Below, piece after piece: positions 1 to 11,257 of a stretch of DNA of 64,000 nucleotides (the stretch's first letter is position 1; every line of letters starts with the position of its first letter). Origin of the DNA: Oopsacas minuta (taxonomy: Eukaryota > Animalia > Porifera). The notes below the pieces were generated by a model. It saw only the letters and a program-made list of their open reading frames with translations, was not told the origin of the DNA and searched no databases. Location of the stretch: contig JAKMXF010000166.1 in NCBI GenBank assembly GCA_024704765.1, positions 1 to 64,000 of the forward strand. Reading direction: 5' to 3'. The translations under genes and the position numbers were made by a program.

Positions 1-1008
1 ATTAGAGCCTAATTACTTATAGCCCTGCTATTTATTGAGATTTATTCTTTCTTAGTTTCACAGAGAGATTATCGATAATATTTGTTAGTTTGAATTATAT
101 TCTTAAACAACAAGCAGGTTATTTATTTTCTATTCTTTGATATTTATTTCACAAATACATATTTTAATATATTCTAGTTACTTATATATTACATCAATTG
201 TTATTTCCCTCAAATTTGTATTTCTATTAATCGACGTGACAAGAGTTTAGTAATGAAATTGCTTGTGCACGCTGTCCTGTCCAAGGAATTCTAGTAGTGA
301 ATCCAAGAATTCTTGAATGAGGGATAATCATCCAGCTGGTAGTTTGGTTCCCTGCAATCCTGCAGTTGCAACCTCGTATGCAACATTAATAGATTAAACC
401 CTTGTTTCTTGCAATGTACCGTTACAATGTAACAGTTGTAACAAATACGTTGTCAGGTCGGAACATATAAGGATATAAAATAATCTTATTATAGCCAATC
501 ATTTAAACACTAGACCACTCTAGTCACGTATAGACTACAGAGATGGAACCGGTCAAGGTTGACCGGGCGAGCGAGATGGTTAATGGTTATAGAATGAACA
601 TTTTACCTTAAGTACTTTAATTATTATTGCATTCTTGCTATTTTAATTATTTTTGAATTGTAACTATTCTTTAGCACTATTTTACTGGTCCGGCTACACT
701 TATAGTGGGACAGTATTGAAATGACTGCCTTTATATTTTTAGTGCAGTTCGTAAAAGGAGTTGCCTTAATGGCATGGATGATGTGCGGCGTCCATCCGTC
801 CGTGCGCAGCCGTGCGAAATCTAATAGTTCAATTATGAAACATGCAAATTGGCATACATATACATTTGAGTTGGAGAATTGCACATCGGGTATGAATTAT
901 TTTCTAAAGTGAATATTTCACACCTTTTGGTGAGTAATCAGATTTTCACACCTTTATATGTAGAATACAAAAGCAAGCTAGAGATTAGGTTTCAGAATGT
1001 TGACAGGG
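1..1008. repeat. ~1 kb direct repeat, copy A (runs off the window start)
   Basis: Near-identical to 11666-12674 (offset 11665-11666) with scattered substitutions. ORFs 624..884/12290..12550 and 721..912/12387..12578 are near-duplicates. Confidence 0.95.
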
Positions 1009-2062
1009 GTAATTGGGTACGTAGAGTCTGATTTTGGCATTTCAGATTCTGAAAGTTACAAAATTCACAAATTTATCATATGATTAATCATATTTCACTC
1101 CTTTGTGCATATTTTTGAAAATCATGCTAGAGATTTCGTATCAAAAGTTAGACAGGGTTAATTGAAGGATAATCATTCAGAATTTTATTCATAGGATTTG
1201 ATGATAGAACATGAAGTACATTAGGGGACAAATAATATTGAATATCCTGAAATATTTATCAGATCCAGGAGCCCAAAATCAGTCGGGTTTGGTGCATCTT
1301 GGCATTTACACGGGGAGTCAGGGGGGCATGCCCCCCTAAAAGAACAAAAATAGATAACCCTAAGCTGCACTACCAGTCTGTCGGCCACTTCAAGATTTTT
1401 TGCCATAGGAATTGTATCAGGTTTTGGAAAATAGAATATTAGGAGCAAAATCATAGTAGGAGGTGATGTTCTATGTAGTGGTATTAATGTTGTAGTGTAT
1501 TAGAGAATTTTGTGTGTTCTCGTACACACTGAATTTTCTCTTGTGTACACGAACGAGTGTGTTGACACCAACGAATTCCAGCAGTGAAATATGAGCAATA
1601 CTAAACACTTAAATATTCGATAAATTGTGGATCAATCCACCTGAATTTGGCCAGTACATTTGTCGAGTGTGATGCATTTCCTCTATTCAATGATAAATCC
1701 TTACTACACCTACTCTTGCCACAATGACATCGCAAAATTGTAGTACATACTAAAACCCGATTATTCAGCGCTGTTAGCCCTGAAACCGTGACACGTTCAC
1801 AAAAAGCACCAAATTGTGTACAAAGTTACAGTGTAGTGTGCTTGAACTTTAAGAAGGATCTAGTTCTCGAAGATCAGAGGTGTGGGCACAATCCGTTTTA
1901 TGTGCCATTTTGTACACACTTTGAAGGTATTTACATGAATATACACCTCATCCAGTTGAATCAGAAGGAATTTAAGTGTTGATTTTCGTAATCAGCAAAA
2001 GAATTTACGTTGTTTGAGTGGTCACTCGAATATGTTTGGAATATTGTTAATCTCTAGGTATA

Positions 2063-2247
2063 CAGGGAGTCACCCAAAAGGGACATTCCGAGAAGCGGAC
2101 AACCCCCTTCAACGGTCAAACCTTCTGGCACGGATTGAATTTGCCAAGTATGTAACTAATACTTAAGCAGTCTCCAAGGAGCGGACAATTCTCTACAACG
2201 GACAGATACCATGTTCCCAACGTGTCCGTTATTCGGAGACTCCACTG
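2063..2247 (+). mobile_element. ~185 bp pogo/Tigger-type MITE (family M1)
   Basis: TIR CAG(T)GGAGTC...GACTCCACTG with TA on both flanks. Same internal sequence at 8886-9071 and 20325-20510. Confidence 0.85.
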
Positions 2248-3099
2248 TATATTGAGATTCTATTATTTGTTTACTATATATCCATAAAAACTACAAATAC
2301 ATTTACATATGAGAAACTTGAAATTGCGAAATTCGGATTCAGTTTCAGTTTACTTGATTACCCCTATATTTCTGTTGAGCCCATGATAACATATTGAAAC
2401 CCAATCTCTAGCATACTTTTGAATTTTGAAAAGAAATATATGGAAAATTTGAAATATTTTTAATTACCGAAGAGGTGTGAAATATACACTTCATAGAATT
2501 TTCAAATGTTAAATGCACAACTAGATGTTACTACGAGTATACATGCCAAGTTTCGGGTCTTAATCTCCGAAGGTGTGAACAGGAGAGCGAACACATATAG
2601 ACAGATGGATAAATAGATAGATACCTAGGCTAAGAAAGTCAACGGTTTTAGAACTATGCCACTATAGTATAACCGGCACAGTCAAAAAGTAACTCATGTA
2701 AATTATAAATCTTAGAAAACATCATTGTCCTGTTGGCTAAGAATTCGAAGAAAATCAATTTCAAATTCACTCAAAATTTTAGAACAAAAGTTCCAATTAG
2801 CCAGTTTTGGGGAAAATCAGGTGAAGGCCGATTTCATTCAAATTTTTATGGAAAAACGTAGTAGAAGCGAAGTCTATTTGACATCATATTCCATTGTTAA
2901 TGCAATATGATGTCAAATAGTATAGCTTGTAATTTGATTAAACTAAAGTCAAGGGCGATCAATGATTTGTGGCCCGTAGGTTTAAAAGTTTGAGCACACT
3001 TGTACTAGAATCATTGTTTCGATTCCTGCTGGAACTCGCATAGCTGTCTAAGTGCATATTAAGACCCATTAGGATTATATATATCCCTACATTATTCAG

Positions 3100-3192
3100 G
3101 TATGATAAATATTTGAAAGTTACTGTTAACACCAAGCATTTATGTTTGCTGAATTGCTGTTTCCATCTCTGTAAATAATAATATATTTTCAG
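3100..3192 (+). other. Putative 5'UTR intron of the first GIMAP-like gene
   Basis: CAG|GTATGA donor at 3100 and TTTTCAG acceptor at 3192, 6 nt before the ATG at 3199. The 93 nt length is similar to other short introns in the window. Confidence 0.5.
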
Positions 3193-3198
3193 ATTTTG

Positions 3199-4815
3199 AT
3201 GGCAGAAAGGAAGCCTGCTTGGCGAAATTGGGATAATCGTAAAACCTGGCTAAAACGGGCACGTGATGTTACACTAATTCCTCCTAAAAGAGATTTTGAT
3301 CGCACTTTCATACTAATCGGTAAAGTAAATAGCGGTAAAAGCACTTTAGCTAATCTCTTATACGGAATTAAAGATAAAATAACGTTTCGTGTTCACCCAC
3401 ACAAGCAAGCATATTGCACGACAACTGAAATGAGTTGTAAAGAATTTGAGGTAGAGTCATCTATAGTATATGGACGCGTATTCCAAGGAAACGAAAAGCT
3501 AAAGGTTCAAATTATGGACCAACCTGGCTCAAATGATAGTAACTATACTGATCAAGATCGTTGCGATAATATAGTGGAATGTTTAAAGGTGTCTCGAGCT
3601 GAATTGTCTAATACGTTTCTAATTGTTTTCGACATGAGCGGGAAATTTTTTACAATCGAGGATACTATTTCAATCTTGAATTTATCAGAAATACTTTCTA
3701 ATTCAGGATACAAGTTTTTCGAGAATGCTATTTTGGTAGTTACTCATGCCGATCAGTTTGATAATTATCAGGAAAAATTCAGACAAATGCTGGAAATGAA
3801 AGAGTATGCATCAATCAGCCATTTACTGAAACAGATCAATAAGCAACACATATTTATTAATGGTTTAGATATTACCGAAGAAAATCGTAACAACTTACTC
3901 AAAACTCTTTTCCAAATGTCAAAACCTAAATTGAACGTATCAATCACTGGTAACCATGGCTTTCTTGGATCTGAGTTGCGTGAATTGTTACAACTCCCAG
4001 AAGACGACCTTGTAGAAAATGATTCCACAAAATTCGATGTTGAATATTTCTTCAATCCAGATATGAATATTTTTGACCAATTTGATAAATTAACATTGGA
4101 ACAACGTGTCCAAGATGAATTAAAGAAACTCTTCATTGTCAGTAGGGGAATTACTGCCATGGTTGTATTGATTAGCTTAGAAGAAGCTTTTAGTGAAGAG
4201 TTCTATAATTTAATTAATTCAATCCCTGAAACATATTCTATTGGATCTTCCTCTAAGGTTGAAGATAGCGATATTTGGAAATATACCTTCATTGTGTTTC
4301 TCTCACCTGTTTCAGAAAGTAAATCAGTTCTGGAAAATATACAACGAAACACACGTATTAAGAAACTTGTTGCAAGAGTAAACAACAGATACACGTGGGT
4401 AACGAGAGGTATGTCACCAGCTGATTGTCATAATAAGTTAATAGAAATGGTTTTACAAGTGGGTCATGATGCACAAGGAAGAACTCTAATCAATAATCAA
4501 GTTGTGAAACAAATGAACAAGTTTATCTCAGGTCCCAAGTCTCCACAAAATCTTGAGAGAGTAAAGCCACGCACAGTCACTGACCTGAATAAGATGCAAC
4601 AAAGTATTCCTTGTTTCGAAATCCCTAATAGCGACGATTTTCTAATCAGAGCAAACACATTTGATTGGAATAAGCCTACTATCTCATGTATCCTAGGATA
4701 TTTTATTTTGAAGAGACTGAAACCTGAAGCAGCGGAGAGATTCCAAGAAGATTTTCCTGAATCAGAAATATCTAGAGAGCAATTCAGGGAATTCTGCCTT
4801 GCGAACCTGAATTGA
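3199..4815 (+). CDS. AIG1/GIMAP-family GTPase, 538 aa: intact G domain followed by a degenerate AIG1-like domain
   Basis: Domain 1 has G1 GKVNSGKS, G2 TTT, G3 DQPG, conserved box FLIVFD..GKFFT and G4 THAD. Domain 2 keeps GIMAP-like segments (ITAMVVLISLEEAFSEE, WKYTFIVF, KKLVARVNNRY) but lacks GKS and DxxG. CDS is intronless. Confidence 0.9.
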   Translation: MAERKPAWRNWDNRKTWLKRARDVTLIPPKRDFDRTFILIGKVNSGKSTLANLLYGIKDKITFRVHPHKQAYCTTTEMSCKEFEVESSIVYGRVFQGNEKLKVQIMDQPGSNDSNYTDQDRCDNIVECLKVSRAELSNTFLIVFDMSGKFFTIEDTISILNLSEILSNSGYKFFENAILVVTHADQFDNYQEKFRQMLEMKEYASISHLLKQINKQHIFINGLDITEENRNNLLKTLFQMSKPKLNVSITGNHGFLGSELRELLQLPEDDLVENDSTKFDVEYFFNPDMNIFDQFDKLTLEQRVQDELKKLFIVSRGITAMVVLISLEEAFSEEFYNLINSIPETYSIGSSSKVEDSDIWKYTFIVFLSPVSESKSVLENIQRNTRIKKLVARVNNRYTWVTRGMSPADCHNKLIEMVLQVGHDAQGRTLINNQVVKQMNKFISGPKSPQNLERVKPRTVTDLNKMQQSIPCFEIPNSDDFLIRANTFDWNKPTISCILGYFILKRLKPEAAERFQEDFPESEISREQFREFCLANLN

Positions 4816-5201
4816 TAAAGATTATACATACTTCTTAGTACTTTTCCAAAATTAGGTTACTAACAATAAGACCCCTTAGTCTATTGACTTCTCAAAATAT
4901 ATTTTTGTTTATGGATTCTGAATTTCTTTCTTAGTGATATTATATGTATATTTGCACTCTATGATTTCCGTTCTTTGAGTAGAAATTTGATCAATGACCC
5001 CGAGACCAAGACGGCATCTTGGGACCACGAAATTCGAATTGAATTACAAGTACATATCCTTCATGTATTCTATAATCTTTCACTTGACAACTGACAAACA
5101 AACAACTTTTGAGATATGATAGGATCGGTTAATGAAATCGTGATTTAGCTAATTAGTGATATGATAATCTTTCTAACTTTATTTCTTTTTCAAATAATAG
5201 C

Positions 5202-7511
5202 ATGAATAACATCAAATTTGTATTGGTTGGAGATCACAATTGTGGTATGAACTCTTTACGAATGATGTTGGAACAGACTGGTAGCAGTTCTATTAATGAG
5301 GAATGTTTGAAGGGTGAAATATTGGATGCCAAAACCAAGTTTATAAAGTTACTGCAAGACAGATCAAACCACACAGTGTTCCTTATAGTAATTCCAATAA
5401 CATTGAGAGTGCTAAAGGTGCAATGGTTAGATTCGCTGAAGGCTGAATGCAACCATTTCAGGAATGCAATAATTGTATTCACTCATACTAACACGGTTAA
5501 CCAAACTCATGAAAATGACTTATTAGAACAACATGTGAAAGAGATATGTAAGAGTAAAGAGTGGGATTATCTGCTTAGATGTGTTAATGGTCGTTTTGTC
5601 TGTCTAAACTCAATCTCACAAGAATTAGAATACAAACGTAAAGTTGTCAAAGAAATTATCCGAATTTCCAAACCATCTTACACAATCTTGATCCATGGGA
5701 ACAATCATGCAAGTTCTTCAATAATATCAAAAAAATTACAATTATCCGACTGTAATAATGTGATTGAATTGAAAGATATACGAATGAATTTCTATTTCTA
5801 TCCAGATCTTGATCTATTCCAGGGATTACAACAGCCTGATTGTGGAGATTGTATCAGCAATTTGATTGGTAACCGTGTGCACCATGGTCAGGGCATTACT
5901 CTCATTTTACTCTTAGTCAGTCATGAAGAGATATTATCCAGAGACATGAAAGAGATGATAACTGATCTTCCACACAATGAACATTATCGGATGGATCATA
6001 AAACTGATAAGTATTGGTGGAACCACACAAGTGTATTGTTTACATTTGGAGAGAATTCTAATAATTGTCGTGATGAAGTGATGAACTCCATCAAAAGAAA
6101 TGTAAGAATTAACGAGGTGGTGAACAGAGCTGGTGGTAGATATATTTGGATGTCAGATACTACTTCTAAAGAGGATATTGTTAATCAAATCCGAACTCAA
6201 TGTGATAATATGAAAAAGTATCGTAACGGTAGAGAGTTTATTGGCGGACCTACAAAGGACTATCCCATGAAAATGAAAGAAGAAAAGTCAAATATTCCTG
6301 AAGTACAACATGACGGCTTCGGTGGTCATTCTGATATTCTTTTCAATTTTATTTCTTTTTCAAACAACAGCAAGAGTAACACCAAATTTGTATTGGTTGG
6401 AGATCACAATTGTGGCGTGAACTCTTTACGAATGATGTTGGAACAGACTGGTAGCAGTTCTATTAATGAGGAATGTTTGAAGGGTGAAATATTGGATGCT
6501 AAAACTAAGTTTATAAAGTTACTACAAGACAGATCAAATCACACAGTGTTTCTTATAGTAATTCCAATAACATTGATAGTGCTAAAAGTGCAATGGTTAG
6601 ATTCGCTGAAGGCTGAATGCAACAATTTGGCTCTTTCATCTGTTAACCTTTTCAGGAATGCAATAATTGTATTCACTCATACTAACACGGTTAACCAAAC
6701 TCATGAAAATAACTTATTAGAACAACATGTGAAAGAGATGTGTAAGAGTAAAGAGTGGGATTATCTGCTTAGATGTGTTAATGGTCGTTTTGTCTGTCTA
6801 AACTCAATCTTACAAGAATTAGAATACAGACGTAAAGTTGTCAAAGAAATTATTCAATTTTCCAAACCATCTTACACAATCTTGATTCATGGGAACAATC
6901 ATGCAAATTCTTCAATATTATTCACAAAATTACAATTATCCGACCGTAATAATGTGATTGAATTAGAAGATATACGAATGAATTTCTATTCCTATCCAGA
7001 TTTTGATCTATTCCAGGGATTACAACAGCCTGATTGTGGAGATGTTATCAGGAATTTGATTGGTAACCGTGTGTACCATGGTCAGGGCCTCACTCTCATT
7101 TTACTCTTAATCAGTCAGCAAGAGATATTCTCCAGAGGCATGAGAGAGATGATAACTGATCTTCCACACAATGAACATTATCGGATGGACCATAAAACTG
7201 ATAAGTATTGGTGGAACCACACAAGTGTATTGTTTACATTTGGAGAGAATTCTAATAATTTTCGTGATGAAGTGTTAAACTCCATCAAAAGAAATGTAAG
7301 AATTAAAGAGGTGGTGAACAGAGCTGGTGGTAGATATATTTGGATGTCAGATACTACTTCTAAAGAGGATATTGTTAATCAAATCCAAACTCAATGTGAT
7401 AATATGAAAAAGTATCGTAACGGTAGAGAGTTTATTGGCGGACCTACAAAGGACTATCCCATGAAAATGAATAATGCCGGTGGTGGTCATTCTCTCTATA
7501 AATTTGTTTGA
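5202..7511 (+). CDS. GIMAP-like pseudo-GTPase, 769 aa, internally duplicated (A'B'-A'B')
   Basis: Uninterrupted ORF of two ~1170 nt units. Each unit has FVLVGDHNCG[M/V]NS (degenerate P-loop), NAIIVFTHTN, NGRFVCLN, then WWNHTSVLFT and VVNRAGGRYIW, matching both domains of the upstream gene. Confidence 0.85.
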   Translation: MNNIKFVLVGDHNCGMNSLRMMLEQTGSSSINEECLKGEILDAKTKFIKLLQDRSNHTVFLIVIPITLRVLKVQWLDSLKAECNHFRNAIIVFTHTNTVNQTHENDLLEQHVKEICKSKEWDYLLRCVNGRFVCLNSISQELEYKRKVVKEIIRISKPSYTILIHGNNHASSSIISKKLQLSDCNNVIELKDIRMNFYFYPDLDLFQGLQQPDCGDCISNLIGNRVHHGQGITLILLLVSHEEILSRDMKEMITDLPHNEHYRMDHKTDKYWWNHTSVLFTFGENSNNCRDEVMNSIKRNVRINEVVNRAGGRYIWMSDTTSKEDIVNQIRTQCDNMKKYRNGREFIGGPTKDYPMKMKEEKSNIPEVQHDGFGGHSDILFNFISFSNNSKSNTKFVLVGDHNCGVNSLRMMLEQTGSSSINEECLKGEILDAKTKFIKLLQDRSNHTVFLIVIPITLIVLKVQWLDSLKAECNNLALSSVNLFRNAIIVFTHTNTVNQTHENNLLEQHVKEMCKSKEWDYLLRCVNGRFVCLNSILQELEYRRKVVKEIIQFSKPSYTILIHGNNHANSSILFTKLQLSDRNNVIELEDIRMNFYSYPDFDLFQGLQQPDCGDVIRNLIGNRVYHGQGLTLILLLISQQEIFSRGMREMITDLPHNEHYRMDHKTDKYWWNHTSVLFTFGENSNNFRDEVLNSIKRNVRIKEVVNRAGGRYIWMSDTTSKEDIVNQIQTQCDNMKKYRNGREFIGGPTKDYPMKMNNAGGGHSLYKFV

Positions 7512-7619
7512 GTATTCTATTACATTCTTATCTTGTTGTCACATATATCATGAACCATGTAATGTTATGCATGAATATATTTGTTTATTTCATTATATAC
7601 ATCATTTTATAGTTCGAGG

Positions 7620-8110
7620 ATGTTAATATCCTGTACATGAAGGGGGGAGAAATCTGGGGACTACACAGAGCAGGTTACGCGTATGGCGAAGGAAGACCTG
7701 TGGGATACGTTAGTGGCCACACATCACGAGCTCAGTCATGGCGGACGTGTCAGGGTACGAGGTACGAGTATTTCATGAGCCACAACTATCACGTGCTTCG
7801 TGCAATAATTGTCCTCATACGCTTCTGCGGCATTTGCCAAGCCAACAAATGCAGGATATGTGTTTGCTGACGATCTTGATGACGATTCCTACAACTTCAG
7901 TCTACCCCTGCTGATCCGAACACAAGTTACACCTTATTATAACTTTACCTCAGGCCAGTCCGAGCTGATACCCTCTGATTCATACCTCTCACCCCTACCA
8001 CCGGCATCTCCTATTCCCTACGCATCTATCACCTACTTCACTGACCATCCTCTGTGTTCAGTCTGCGCAATAGATGATGGCAACTGCACTGTGAGTTGCA
8101 GTATACAACA
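7620..8110 (+). pseudogene. Decayed integrase H2C2 zinc-binding relic (Ginger/KRBA2-like), catalytic core missing
   Basis: Frameshifted LWDTLVATHHELSHGGR ... RAIIVLIRFCGICQANK resembles the H-x-GHGGR...C-x2-C motif. A Cys-rich tail (CSVC...CTVSC) follows. Boundaries approximate. Confidence 0.5.
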
Positions 8111-8144
8111 TGTCAACTTTGGGATGATGATGGTGTCACAACCA

Positions 8145-8510
8145 GACATTGATGGAGAGGAAACTGAAGCAGAATGGAAATTGTTTCGGCGGATAATTTG
8201 GAGGCAATTCAATCATAGCTCTTGTAGGATGTACTATCGAAATTGATCAATAGGGGAGACATTTCGATTGCATTTCAAACTTACCAAATTTATCTACAAT
8301 AGTAGAGGTTTTACTAGTAACAACAGTCACTATTGAACGTACATTTAGCAATATGAAACTAATAACAACAAGACTCCGCAGCTGGATGGGCGAGGACACA
8401 ATTGAACATACAATGCGGATATGTATTGAAGGCACTGATCACCTAACGAATGATATGTTGGAGGAATTTGTTGATCATTATTAAGGGCAAAAGAACCGCA
8501 GAATAGTACT
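8145..8510 (+). pseudogene. hAT transposase C-terminal dimerization-domain relic (ZNF862-like)
   Basis: DIDGEETEAEWKLFRRII, then after a frameshift LPNLSTIVEVLLVTTVTIERTFSNMKLITTRLRSWMGEDTIEHTMRICIEG (PF05699-like ERxFS motif). Premature stop present. Confidence 0.8.
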
Positions 8511-8885
8511 GAGGCTCAAGCTTAGGGCCTGTGGCATCTTGAGTTGCATTTAACCTGGGTTCAGGGCCGTATTAAGGGGAAGGGGGGCTATGGGTGCTGT
8601 AGCACCCGGGCCCGGGGCCGCGTAGGCATAGTCGTAGCGGGCCTGCAGAAATTTCTCTCTTGTAGATTCGCAAAGAGCCAAACAAAAAGTGCCGCTACAG
8701 TAAGGTATGAGGTTGCACATACTTGATTATACAATACCAGCTAGGGGGTCCCAACAGGGGTGATTACCCCAAATGGAGTAATATGAGGATTTTTGGAAGG
8801 TAATGGGTGCTTCATTAGTTTAAAATTTGTTATCAATAGTTCCACAGTAATTTGAATAGTTGTTATTTGTTTTTAATGGTATATA

Positions 8886-9071
8886 CAGTGGAGTCTCCCA
8901 AAACGGACACTCCGAGACGCGGACAACCCCCTACAACGGACAAACTTTCTGGCACGGATTGAATTTGCCAAGCATGTAATTAATACTTAAGCAGTCTCCG
9001 AGGAGCGGACAATTCTCTACAACTACCAGATCCCATGTCCCCAACGTGTCTGTTATTCGGAGACTCCACTG
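8886..9071 (+). mobile_element. MITE family M1 copy
   Basis: TA-CAGTGGAGTCTCC...GGAGACTCCACTG-TA. Confidence 0.9.
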
Positions 9072-10065
9072 TATTCATAAAAACAACAATAAATATACAT
9101 ATGATAAACTTGAAAATAATGCGAAATTCGGATTCAGCGTACTTAATTACCCCTGGGTAGCCGTTTAGAGCAAGCCTGTACGTATATTTTGAGATTTGGA
9201 TAATTTGTTTACTTTATATATTAATAAAAACAACAATAAATTTCCTTATGATTCATCCCAAAGTGTGAAAATCGGATTCAGCATATTTGATATATTTAGT
9301 GAAGTTTTATTGAATTCTATTTACTTCCTTGATAAACGCGATAAATACATAGTTATGCGACAATTTCATAATTGCATATCGTAAATCCTTTCCTTGACAA
9401 CAGACAAACAAACAGACAATAATTGAGATGTAATAATATAGATTAAACCATAGATGCCCTAAGGATTTCAGTCAAAGATCCTGTTGCATGTCAGAATTGC
9501 TACCACTGTTATATTTCGATTGCACCTCATGATTGCTCATTATGATACAGATAAATAAAAATATGTTTAATCATTACTTTCGAAGATAAAGAGTAAAATT
9601 TATGATCCTCATTACGCTAATTGCTGCTGTTCTATTTTCGAGCTTCTCGTTAACTCACTAATCCCCTGGAATAGGCTATCATATCATAATGCCACTCTTA
9701 ATATATTTTGTGTACCCTTCACATATTCTTGTATACATTTTAAGGTTCTGTGGATCCCAGGTTGGCGGACCTCTTTGGTCCATTTTATGAGGTCCGCGGA
9801 CCCCTGCCAATAAACATAACGAAAACATTTTGGGCCGCGAACCCCAGGTTGAGAACCACTGTATTAGATGGTATTCATCCAAATCGTGAAATTCTTTGTT
9901 GTTGAAGTTCATTGATTATGTAACAATAAAATGTTATACGTAGATAAAAGATTATCGAATATACACAGTCTAAGAAGTAAATGTACATTGATTTAATACA
10001 AGAATACCATAAAATAGGTCACACATTAAATATGAGTTGGGTTTAGAAGACAAAATATATAGGAA

Positions 10066-10480
10066 CTATTTGGGTTTCAACTTCTTCAATTTTCGAGTGT
10101 TTTCTACATTAGACTTCAATGGTAGCGAGGCATTCCTATTTTTAATTTTATTGGATAAGATACAGATTGAAGTAGAGGTCAATAATTTGGCTAATATATC
10201 CCATATTAGTGTACTGCAACTGTTGAGCATAACTCTCCATATATCAGCTTGTTCATTCTCTAAAACTGTAATTGTTAAGTGGGTGAGAATCTTTTTAGAT
10301 GGACCAGTAACAAAACTACCGAGTAAGCCTGGTTGATTCTCAATAGCAGAGTACATTTTACACAATGTAATAACTGCGCTGATCACACAACTACTTGGCC
10401 ATTTTAGTGAGCCGCGGTCGATTATCTGAATTAGCCTATATTTAGAATCTGAAGGCTCTTCAATTTCCATTTATTTATAT
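10066..10480 (-). pseudogene. P-element/THAP9-like transposase C-terminal exon relic
   Basis: LIQIIDRGSLKWPS resembles the DRGGLxYPS motif, and the ORF ends in a basic tail (RKLKKLK). Preceded by a CTTTCACAG acceptor, with an in-frame stop just after it. Confidence 0.5.
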
Positions 10481-10540
10481 TCTGTGAAAGGTGAGAGACA
10501 AGATTAACATTTGTCAGAATGTTTGTAATAAACATAAACT

Positions 10541-11249
10541 GAGTAACCGGTAATCAAGGAGGGTGACTGGACTCACTGGAGTAATTGAGTACTTAATTCA
10601 ACTCCGGAAAAATCTTGAATATCAGAATGATAAGTTTCAAGGTTGAAAGAAACAGGAGAGTCTTGGTCACAAGTTGATGAGCATGATTCTAAGAAGTTCT
10701 TTAGTTGAGATAGTCTCTTCTGCAGGCTTTTCTGAAAATAATTCAAGATTCCGAGCTATAAGCCATGCGACTTCCAAGCTTGCTCTTAAGGAGTCCCGCC
10801 TCTGTTTTTTCACTTGACTTCCCTTATGGGCGAAAACTTCCTTTGGCATGTCCGCTAGTTCAAGGTGTTTGTTGCGCAGATGCTTCTGAAGCTGAGATGA
10901 TTTGAGGGACTCCGGACACAGCACAGCCAGACAGATGACGCACTGCGGCTTTATGACTCCTTTATCGGTTGTTTGTGATGAAGCCATACTCCAAGAATTC
11001 GTCTTTGAATACACGCTTTCTAGAATTTCTCATGCTGCAAAAGGAGATTAGAAGTGAAAATTGAGCAAGATAAATCAATACACACGAATTGATAAAAATT
11101 ATTGTTACTATTATTATAATATTTATTACAGCAATTTTGAATTGGCTGGACTCATTTTCTAGGCACAAAGTCCCGTTCATACTATTTTATTCCGAATAAG
11201 TCTCATTACCCCCAGTAAACCTGAAATTACCCCTGATTACCGACCACTG
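10541..11249 (-). mobile_element. Internally deleted Buster/Charlie-type hAT element carrying a BED zinc finger
   Basis: ATG at 11033 gives MRNSRKRVFKDEFLEYGF(stop)...KPQCVICLAVLCPESLKSSQLQKHLRNKH...SLRASLEVAWLIAR (ZBED5/SCAND3-like). Degenerate TIR pair CAGTGGTCGGTAATCAGGG / GAGTAACCGGTAATCAAGG. Confidence 0.75.
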
Positions 11250-11257
11250 CCGTAAAT

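Noticed and set aside
624-912. Overlapping short ORFs duplicated at 12290-12578
   Set aside because: They lie in the duplicated segment over a repeat-family end, have no recognisable motif, and overlap on opposite strands.
3768-4829. Minus-strand ORFs (130, 63 and 110 aa) opposite the GIMAP gene
   Set aside because: Antisense shadows of a real CDS with no independent motifs.
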